Part shown: positions 1-8,714 of the stretch, piece after piece
Numbering within the stretch: the first letter of the stretch is position 1
How the letters are laid out: the number at the start of each line of letters is the position of its first letter
Assembly (NCBI RefSeq): GCF_006345805.1
Contig: NW_021826078.1
Span: 1-13,723 of the forward strand
Length of the DNA: 13,723 nucleotides
DNA from: Octopus sinensis
Taxonomy: Eukaryota
Direction of reading: 5' to 3'
Notes under the pieces: model-generated
The model's database searches: none
Seen by the model: the letters and a program-made list of their open reading frames with translations, nothing else
Told to the model about the DNA's origin: nothing
Translations under genes and position numbers: made by a program

Positions 1-101
1 AGAAAGAAGAAGAAGAAGAAGAAGAAAGAAGCAGAGAAGAAAGAAAGAAGAAGAAGAAGAAGAAAGAAGAGAAGAGAAGAAGAAGAAGAAGAAGAAGAAG
101 A
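1..101. repeat. (GAA)n purine-rich microsatellite
   Basis: Degenerate GAA/GAAA repeats, almost purine-only on + strand; runs off the window start. Confidence 0.95.
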
Positions 102-131
102 TGGAAGAACCTGGTGTTGACACAACATAAG

Positions 132-237
132 GATAAATCTGGGATCGATATCAAAGACTAAGACACTTTAAGGCGGTGCTCCAGCATCGCCGCAGTCAAA
201 TAATTGAAACAAGTAAAAGAATAAAAAGAATAAAAGA
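132..237 (+). mobile_element. 3' end of SINE family A (or of a relative sharing its tail)
   Basis: AAGGCGGTGCTCCAGCATCGCCGCAGTCAAATAATTGAAACAAGTAAAAGA matches the 3' end of the full copy at ~13229-13278; followed by a (AATAAAAG)-type tail. Confidence 0.85.
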
Positions 238-241
238 TATG

Positions 242-300
<59 letters not shown>
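238..300. repeat. (TA)n microsatellite
   Basis: Direct observation. Confidence 0.95.
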
Positions 301-302
<2 letters not shown>

Positions 303-636
303 TCTCCGTTGTAGCTGGAACAAGGAAGACGCATACAACCACATATAGAAAAAAAAGACCGTAAATGCATTTGATCACTGGTTGCGCAGTTGCGCTTCAC
401 AACCATATCGCATGAATTATAAAACCTTCTACACACTATATTTTATACACTATGCGTGTGTATGTATGTGTGTGTGCGCGTGTGTATGCACGCGTATTAA
501 TGTGTGTATACACACACTCACATACAATCACACATGTAAACACACACGCCTGTATATGAGCTAAAGCCGAGTGTTAAGTGGTCGAGACATAAAAATTAAG
601 ACGAATCAAGATATATGATATACAATATATATATAT

Positions 637-807
637 GGGCAGGAGTGGCTGTGTGGTAAGTAGCTTGCTATCAACCACATGGTTCCGAGTTCAGTCCCAC
701 TGCGTGGCATCTTGGGCAAGTGTCTTCTGCTATAGCCTCGGGCCGACCAAAGCCTTGTGTGTGGATTGGTAGACGGAAATGAAAGAAGAAGAAGCATGTC
801 GTATATG
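637..807 (+). mobile_element. SINE family A, 5' half (tRNA-derived head plus body)
   Basis: Near-identical to 12867-13035. Pol III A-box-like TGGCTGTGTGG and B-box-like AGTTCAGTCCC. Ends in the internal (TA)n; no 3' half follows. Confidence 0.9.
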
Positions 808-871
808 TATATAATATTATATATATATATATTATATATATATAATTATATATATATATATATATATAATA

Positions 872-902
<31 letters not shown>

Positions 903-907
903 ATATA
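808..907. repeat. Degenerate (TA)n
   Basis: Direct observation; a further (TA)n lies at 1072-1110. Confidence 0.9.
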
Positions 908-1071
908 CCGGAGTAAACACATGAATGTGAAACAAGGTGGAAAAAAGAGTACTCAAATACCAGTGGTAGAGTAATATGCTTTATATAAAGCAGCAGAGAT
1001 CTCAACAAAACCTGTTACTCTGAGTTTCAGAGTAACAGGTTTTGTTGAATTTTTTGCTGCTTTAAATAAAG
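908..1071 (-). mobile_element. Probable Penelope-like pseudo-LTR fragment with terminal inversion
   Basis: 44-bp inverted arms (979-1022 and 1028-1071, 5 mismatches). The minus strand of 1014-1028 reads GAAACTCAGAGTAAC, resembling the 3' half of a hammerhead. Embedded in (TA)n. The family assignment is inference. Confidence 0.5.
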
Positions 1072-1726
1072 TATATATATATTATATATAATATATATAT
1101 ATATATATATTCCAGTATTGAAAAGATAACTTGAATCTATTTTCGAACGGAAAATTTAATTTCTGTTATGGACATGCTTCCAGATTAATTCAGACGAATA
1201 ATTTTTCGTAAAAAAGTACCCTATGTCGGACAGCAAAATTCAATATGAAAGAGTTGAAAGGCCATAAGAATAAATCTAAAAAGGCCTAGATGCAGCCTTT
1301 AACTTAATCCGACAGAAAATTATCATTAAAGACTCAAGAGACTGCAGTCTGCTTCCCAAACGAGCAAAGAAATTTAATTAATTGTAGAAATCACAAATTC
1401 TTGATTTAGAATCATGACAATTGAGAATTTAAAGATGAGGAATCTTATTTCTTCCATGCCAAAAAGATCTTCTATCATATTAGTAAATACTAATATAAAC
1501 TGTCACGATGTAACCTAAATAAAATTATTTTGCATTATATAGTGCTTCTGATATCTCGGATTTGTTTGTTCTAGGAACGTTTAAATGTATTTAAATATTA
1601 AAGTTACCGCATTCAAATGAAGAATGTTAATTTTAAAGCGACAGCAGTTCTCTTGAGAATAATGAAATATTCTTTGGAGTTTACTGCCGGAGTAATTTGG
1701 TATCGGTAGAAGTAATGTGTTTGCAG

Positions 1727-1795
1727 GTTTATTCTTCTTCGCGTGGCACTTATGGATCGCTGTCTTCTCTACTGTACAAATCTTCCAAGTTGAGA
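1727..1795 (+). CDS. Candidate 69-nt internal exon encoding a hydrophobic peptide ((G)LFFFAWHLWIAVFSTVQIFQVE)
   Basis: Acceptor TGTGTTTGCAG (1716-1726), donor GTAGGT (1796-1801), length divisible by 3, open in two frames, non-repetitive. No homology recognised. Confidence 0.35.
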
Positions 1796-1810
1796 GTAGG
1801 TATACATATA

Positions 1811-2070
1811 AAAATATAATAAAATAAATGCACCCTTTTAAAGCCTAGCCAGGCTCAGGTTTCCCGGTTTCTATGGCGTATGTGTTCCCCAGTCGGACGG
1901 GACACCAGTCCATCGCAGCGTTACTCAATTTTTCCAGCTGAGTAGACTGGAACAACGTGAAAATGAAGTATTTTGCTCAAGAACACAACGCGTCGCCCGG
2001 TCCAAGAATCGAAACCACAATCTTACGATCATGATGCTGACCCCCTAACCACTAAGCCACGCGCCTCCAC
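1811..2070 (-). mobile_element. Full-length tRNA-derived SINE family B with 13-bp TSD
   Basis: Minus strand starts GTGGAGGCGCGTGGCTTAGTGGTTAGG (A box) ... GGTTTCGATTC (B box) and has a T-rich tail. Flanked by the exact direct repeat AGGTATACATATA at 1798-1810 and 2071-2083. Confidence 0.9.
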
Positions 2071-2083
2071 AGGTATACATATA

Positions 2084-2328
2084 TAGTTGTAAACTCTCAA
2101 TAAAAGAATAGAGTAGTAGCTGTACTAAAAAGTAAGGCCAGTCGCTACATCAAAGTGGTTGCTCTATGTTACTACTGGTTTAACCACAGGAAGACTCTCC
2201 ACCAGCTGGTTACCGGTGCGACTCTGCACTCTGTATATACGACATATATTGTTAGCAGGGTGAGCGAACGCCTACCACGCTCTAGGTGGTAAAAGGATCG
2301 TGAGATTTTACAACTAGTTATTTTGCTT
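2084..2328 (+). mobile_element. Unclassified MITE-like repeat, copy 1
   Basis: TAGTTGTAAACTCTCA (2084-2099) is inverted at 2301-2316 (15/16). Its sequence recurs at 2868-2978 (+) and 3202-3356 (-). Confidence 0.6.
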
Positions 2329-2360
2329 GTTGTAAACCAGTGACCGATGGTCACGTATAT

Positions 2361-2666
2361 TCTTTTATTTGTTTCAGTCATTTGACTTCGGCCATGCTGG
2401 AGCACTGCCTTCAGTCGAACAAATCTACCCCCAGGACTTATTCTTTGCAAGCCTAGAACTTATTCTATGCTACTCTTTTGCCGAACTGCTAAGTTACGGA
2501 GATGCAAACACACCAACATCGGTTGTCAAGCGATGGTGAGGGAGACAAACATAGACACACAAATATATATACACGACGGGCTTCTTTCAATTTCTGGCTA
2601 CCAGATCCACTCGCAAGGCTTTGGTCGGCCCGAGGCTGTAGTAGAAGACACTTGCTCAGGGTGTCA
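2361..2666 (-). mobile_element. SINE family A, 5'-truncated (lacks tRNA head)
   Basis: Colinear with 12250-12586, with a very short internal microsatellite. Confidence 0.9.
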
Positions 2667-2866
2667 TATATATACATATATACATTCATACATACATACA
2701 TACATACATACATACATACATACATACATACATAGATACATAGATACATACATACATACATACATAAATACATACATACACACACATGTACACACACGCG
2801 CACGCACACACACACACGCACACACACACACATACACACACACACACACATATACACACACATATA
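2667..2866. repeat. (CATA)n/(CA)n microsatellite
   Basis: Direct observation. Confidence 0.95.
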
Positions 2867-2867
2867 A

Positions 2868-2978
2868 AAGCAAAATAGCTAGTTGCAAAATCTCAAGAAA
2901 AGATCAGAATAGTAACTGTACTAACAAGTAAAGCCAATCGCCACATCAATGTGGATCTTCCATGTTATAAGTGGTTAT
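2868..2978 (+). mobile_element. Unclassified MITE-like repeat, copy 2 (left end)
   Basis: AAGCAAAATAGCTAGTTGCAAAATCTCA is the reverse complement of 2301-2328 at 26/28; it continues colinear with ~2100-2180. Confidence 0.65.
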
Positions 2979-3132
2979 GCCATATATATATGGTTGTTAT
3001 ATTTTTTTGATAACATAATAGGTTAGATAGGATGATTTTTATATTACAATATTACAATAACTAATAATATGTTGTGCATGTATAGTAATATTACGATAAT
3101 TGAAATTAGTATTAGCTTATCTCCCTCTTTCT

Positions 3133-3198
3133 CGGGGTACCCCTAGGAACCTTTTGTGGATCCCAAGGGTTCCGGGGAACCCAAGTTCAGAAACGCTG
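3133..3198. mobile_element. Possible terminus of a hAT/Charlie-type non-autonomous element
   Basis: GC-rich GGGGTACCCC...GGGTTCCGGGGAACCC followed by GTTCAGAAACGCTG, whose reverse complement CAGCGTTTCTGAAC resembles the CAGTGGTTCTCAAC-type TIR. The partner end was not found. Confidence 0.4.
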
Positions 3199-3201
3199 TG
3201 T

Positions 3202-3356
3202 TAGAGGGTGCCAAGGGTTCTCCCCCTCTGCTACCAATATTTAATGTATATAAAGGGTGCAGAGTCGTACCGATAACCTGCTGACGGAGAATATGCCAGG
3301 GTTAAACTGGCAGTAATACGGAACAGCCACTTTGATGTGCGATTCACCTTACTTTT
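3202..3356 (-). mobile_element. Unclassified MITE-like repeat, copy 3 (internal part, inverted)
   Basis: Reverse complement aligns by eye to ~2128-2284 (e.g. CACATCAAAGTGG, GTTTAACC, CGACTCTGCAC). Confidence 0.7.
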
Positions 3357-3361
3357 CATAC

Positions 3362-3411
3362 ATATGTATGTGTATGTTTTTGTGTGTGTGTATGTGTGTG
3401 TGTGTCTGTAT

Positions 3412-3447
<36 letters not shown>

Positions 3448-3607
3448 GTGACTGTTTGTCACACCCCGCCGCTTGACAACCGTTTTGTTGTTTTTTACGT
3501 CCAGGTAACTTAATGATTCGGCAAAATAACCCACCGAGAATACGTACCAGGCTTTAAAAACGAAGTACTGGGGAAGATTCCTTCAACTAAAAAAATTCTT
3601 CAAGATG
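3362..3607 (+). mobile_element. Diverged SINE family A 3' half preceded by its (TG)n
   Basis: TGTTTGTC...GCTTGACAACCG...TTTACGTCC...TTCGGCAAAA...AAGTACTGGGG matches 13085-13230 with many substitutions. Confidence 0.8.
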
Positions 3608-3729
3608 TATATGCATATGGAAGATGGATATGGAAGTTAAGCAGATCAACATACAGACGGATAGGTACATAGGTTATATGAACAGACAAGCATACATAAG
3701 CACACATCCACAAATGAAGACTGAAACAC

Positions 3730-4160
3730 ATGACCATATATACATACACACTTTACTTCACACAAGGACACATATGGAAACATATGTCCACACATATTGA
3801 GATGCACATCCATACATACAAACATGGTACATAGTTACAGAACACACATACACACTCAGACATGCACACACAAGGAGATAGAGGTACACACAAACACACA
3901 CACACAAACACACACATACATAAAAGCACAAACACGGACATGCAAACATGATTATGCATAATACATACATACAAATATACACACATACATATATACATAT
4001 GCACACGCACACATACACATACATACATACATATAGACATACGTACATACATACATACATACATACATACATACATACATACAAACATACACACATACAT
4101 ACATACATACATACATACATACATACATACATACATACATACATACATACATACATACAT
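3730..4160. repeat. Degenerate (CA)n grading into pure (CATA)n
   Basis: Direct observation. Confidence 0.9.
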
Positions 4161-4360
4161 AACGGGAAGCTTTATGAAAATAAACAAAAGACGAAGGCAG
4201 GTGGAGTACAAACAAACAATTGTATTAGTATGGCGCTCAGGAATAGAAATAAAACAATTCTTTGACGTTTCGAGCCTACGCTCTTCAACAGAAAGATACA
4301 CAGAGAAGAAACACGGAGAGAAACAAGGAGAGAAAAAAAATGCGTGCAGAAGCTAGCGAC
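4161..4360 (-). mobile_element. Probable Penelope-like element terminal (pLTR) fragment inserted in (CATA)n
   Basis: ~200-bp complex insert between two (CATA)n tracts, carrying a minimal hammerhead-like motif of the kind known from Penelope-like elements. Confidence 0.55.
4259..4296 (-). ncRNA. Minimal type I hammerhead ribozyme-like motif with non-canonical core
   Basis: Minus-strand RNA UCUUU-CUGUUGA-A-GAGC-GUAG-GCUC-GAAAC-GUC-AAAGA: 5-bp helix I, 4-bp helix II, GAAA, palindromic ACGU in place of helix III, GUC cleavage triplet. The core has U instead of the conserved A6. Confidence 0.6.
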
Positions 4361-4361
4361 A

Positions 4362-4395
<34 letters not shown>

Positions 4396-4436
4396 CATAC
4401 ATACATACATACACACATACATAACCACTTGTGTAG

Positions 4437-4487
<51 letters not shown>

Positions 4488-4500
4488 CCCACACACATGC
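4361..4500. repeat. (CATA)n and (CA)n microsatellites
   Basis: Direct observation. Confidence 0.95.
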
Positions 4501-4814
4501 GCATAAACGTACAAAAAAGGAACTGAATGTGAATAACGGGCAGAGTCAAGACTATTGAAAAGGTTGCCAAGACGCAACGAAAATTCTAGGAAAATAATAA
4601 AGAAATTAACGGCGAGAATAAGATGTCAACAAAAATAATCGTATTCAGGCTTGTTTTGGGGTGTGATATCATGTGATGTTGATTGAGAGACGAAGTATCA
4701 AGATATCGTGTGATATGCTGTCGTATTGTTTGAATGTCCTTTTTAGAATTAGTTGTTTGCTGCGAGTAGTAATATATACTCATAAGTTATCACCCTTTTC
4801 TTTAATCCTATGTT

Positions 4815-5825
<1,011 letters not shown>

Positions 5826-6291
5826 TAAATAACATACACTTGGAAAACTTCTTGGGACGCATTTACTCAATCCCAAAAACTTCCGAGATGAAAGGAAAGA
5901 ATTAATTTTTGAAACATGAAACTGAACTGAACAAGCAGCATCTTACGTTTAAATGTGTTTATGAGGTTAGTGATGTGTGACCTTCAAGTCAAGACATCAC
6001 TTCATTATCTGCACCTTTTTTTTTTCACCCCCCACCACCACCACCACCACCACGCACCCTTTCTATCCGCCTCATGTCTTCCGTCTTCTATACCTTCGTC
6101 GTCTCCAAATAACTCTAGCCCTAACCTTCACCCCCTACCCCCACCCCCTTAGGCCAGAACTGTCGCCGTTCCGACTGCGCCAACAACAAGTAGAATTTGA
6201 GTTGGGTCAATTTAACTTGCCCACAAGTGAAGTTCACGCGGTCCGTATAAACATTCAACTACGATAAAACGCCTTAGATTAGATCAGCTGA

Positions 6292-6299
6292 TACTGCTG

Positions 6300-6331
<32 letters not shown>

Positions 6332-6547
6332 ACTACCATACTTACCACTGATGATGGCGTTGACGGCGGTGGTTGTTGTTGTTGGTGGTAATGGTGATGC
6401 GATATTATTGTTGTTGTTGTTGTTGTTGTTGTGGTTGTTGTTGTTGCTGATGATGATGATGACGATGATGTTGATGAAGATGGCGGTGACCATCGTGTTC
6501 GTCGTCATCGCCGTCACAATCAACAGCATCATGATCAAATTACTACC

Positions 6548-6580
<33 letters not shown>

Positions 6581-6811
6581 ATTGCTACTGCTTCTGCTGC
6601 AGCCGTCGCCACCGAAGTCGCACCACCACCACCACCACCACCACCACAACCACCACCACAACCACCACCACCACCACCACCACCACCGCCGCCTCCACCA
6701 CCACCACTACCACCGCCGCCACCGCCACAACCACCACCACCACCACCACCATCGCCACTACCGCCACCCCACCACCGCCACCCCACCACCGCCACTGCTG
6801 TTCCTGCTGCA

Positions 6812-6860
<49 letters not shown>

Positions 6861-6865
6861 TCACC

Positions 6866-6933
<68 letters not shown>

Positions 6934-6934
6934 T
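6292..6934. repeat. Compound trinucleotide repeat (CTG/CTA/GTT/GAT/CCA/CCG/TAA)
   Basis: Successive triplet blocks that keep reading frames open on both strands. Confidence 0.95.
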
Positions 6935-7909
6935 TTCATTTATTTGTCTCAAGGGCGAAGGATGAGGGGGACATTTCAAAGACAGACATAAAGTGTCGGG
7001 ATTTACATATAATAATGAAATGATAAAAAAAGAAGAAAGAAAGAAAGAGAGAAAGAAGAAAGAAAGTATACACGGTATACACTGAAAAAGCTTGGACATA
7101 TGCAGAGCATACAAAGGTTAAAAAAAGTGGTGGGGAGGATGATAGAGATGTGACCCTTCTGAGACTGGAAGACATCTCGGGATAATCGAGGAACCCCACT
7201 GTCCAAGATCTCCTTGAGCACCAAAGGCAAGTGTCCTCTCTGATTCCTTCTCTCCGACTCACAGGTCTACACTGAGAGAGGTATCATCCACTCTTGTCAT
7301 TTTCCCGACTTTCATCCACCTTTCAGTAAACTCACTCGAGGGCAGCACTTCCCTCTCCACACTCAATTTCCTTTTCAAGTGAAACTTGAAGAAGTCAATT
7401 AGAGCTCTACCAAAAGAGGAATGTATCTGTCCTTATGCTTTTCAGCCTTGTCCACCAAACAATATCTTTCGCCACAGCCACCAGGCAAAGGAAAACTGCC
7501 TTGCCTGCCCGATTGAAGGAGGGCGACGGTGCGATCATCACTACAGACTCGGCCAACAGACGGAACCGTCCCACATGTGACAGCAGTAGTTCGACATAAC
7601 CCCACAAGTCGGCAATTCCCAGACACTGAACGAGTGTGTGCAGAACGGTTTCGTCAGTCTGCGCGCATGTCGGGCAAGTCTGTCTGACAGCACATCCGTG
7701 CCTGTAGAGTTTATCTCGAACCGGTGACGCTCCCCGGTAGCACAGCCAGCCCAAGCACATCTGGAAATTATCCATGATAGTCACCGACCGGGCAGTCCTC
7801 CGCAACAGACTAACCAGTTCGTTTGTCGTCGGCGCCCAGAGTCTCCCCAGAACGTCGCCGCACTTTCCCGCTACTAATCCTCTATAAATGTCTGAAGCGA
7901 ATCATCCAC
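6935..7909 (-). mobile_element. 5'-truncated Tx1/L1-clade LINE (ORF2 C-terminus plus 3' UTR)
   Basis: CPTCAQTDETVLHTLVQC is a CxxC-x8-H-x4-C zinc knuckle typical of L1/Tx1 ORF2. After a frameshift near 7415 it continues ...GRALIDFFKFHLKRKLSVEREVLPSSEFTERWMKVGKMTRVDDTSLSVDL* (stop 7259-7261). Flanked by TAATAATAATAATGAT at 6919-6934 and 7910-7925. Confidence 0.85.
7259..7905 (-). pseudogene. Frameshifted ORF2 C-terminal (zf-RVT-like) remnant
   Basis: ORF 7407..7805 plus flanking frames; at least one clear frameshift and no RT domain in this fragment. Confidence 0.8.
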
Positions 7910-7941
7910 TAATAATAATAATGATGATGATGATGATGATG

Positions 7942-8280
7942 ATTTCCTTATTGGCCACAAGGGCTGAAAACAAAATAGATAAAGACAATACAATAAAAAG
8001 GACAAGTGAAGTGTTGAACACTGACGAGTATACAATAAATAACAATTACAATTAACAAGAGAATTCTAACAACAAAAATCCCCAATGGTGGTGGTTGTGC
8101 TGGTGGGGGGTGGAATTCCACTCAGAGTCACCCAAGAAACCTCACACATTCTGATCACCAAGAGCACCTCAGGCATGCACTCCTCTTCCCCTCAACAGTT
8201 CTGGCCTACAAGCGAATGTTCAGACTGGGCCCATTCACACAGGTCACCCCACGCCCCGTCACATTCACCCAACTTTCATC
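7942..8280 (-). mobile_element. 3' end of a second, related Tx1-like LINE
   Basis: Minus strand encodes DESWVNVTGRGVTCVNGPSLNIRL*, resembling ERWMKVGKMTRVDDTSLSVDL* of the neighbour. Its 3' terminus GCCCTTGTGGCCAATAAGGAAATC resembles the neighbour's GCCCTTGAGACAAATAAATGAAATC. (CAT)n tail. Confidence 0.65.
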
Positions 8281-8295
8281 AACAACAATAATAAT

Positions 8296-8510
8296 GGTTT
8301 GAAATTTCGCCACAAAAGCAGCCATTTTGGGGGAGGAGATAAGTCGATTACATCGACCACTGTGTTTCACTGGTACTTAATTCATCGACTCCATAAGGAT
8401 GAAAGCTAAAGTCGACGACGGTGGAATTTGAACTCAGAGCGGAGCTGCAGACGAAATAGCGCTAAGCGTTTTGCCCGGCGTGCTAACGATTCTACCGGCT
8501 CGCCACCTTA
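8296..8510 (-). mobile_element. tRNA-derived SINE family C
   Basis: Minus strand GGTGGCGAGCCGGTAGAATCGTTAGC...GAGTTCAAATTCC (B box), body GTCGACTTTAGCTTTCATCC...AAGTACCAGT, (ATT)n tail. ACAATAATAAT flanks it at 8285-8295 and 8513-8523 (possible TSD). Confidence 0.85.
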
Positions 8511-8532
8511 AGACAATAATAATAATAATAAT

Positions 8533-8710
8533 AAATGCCCTGATGCTGTATCAGGCAGTGGCTCTCATGGGTTCTTATCTTAACTGATTGGAAGTGTTAT
8601 CATGTACATTGTTTAGTCTTGGTATAAAAGATGGGCTATAGCAAATATTCTGCTCAAAATTACAGGCTTGCTTGTCAGTTGTTTGACCTTAACCATTTGA
8701 GCATGTCCCT
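8533..8710 (-). mobile_element. Probable 3' end of another non-LTR element with (ATT)n tail
   Basis: Complex sequence ending, on the minus strand, in GGGCATTT(ATT)n, with a terminal stem-loop (GCCTGATAC-A-GCATCAGG). Clade not assignable from the sequence. Confidence 0.45.
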
Positions 8711-8714
8711 GGTC

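Noticed and set aside
300-366. Possible 46-nt exon (TTGTAG at 309-314, GTAAAT at 361)
   Set aside because: Weak donor, acceptor abuts (TA)n, and the peptide is uninformative.
1111-1700. AT-rich unique stretch as coding sequence or a transposon relic
   Set aside because: No long ORF or recognisable motif in any frame.
6284-6991. Poly-Pro/Ala/Thr/His/Leu ORFs resembling formin, extensin or His-rich proteins
   Set aside because: Open on both strands because of triplet repeats; no complex domain or credible splice context; they run into a LINE 3' UTR.
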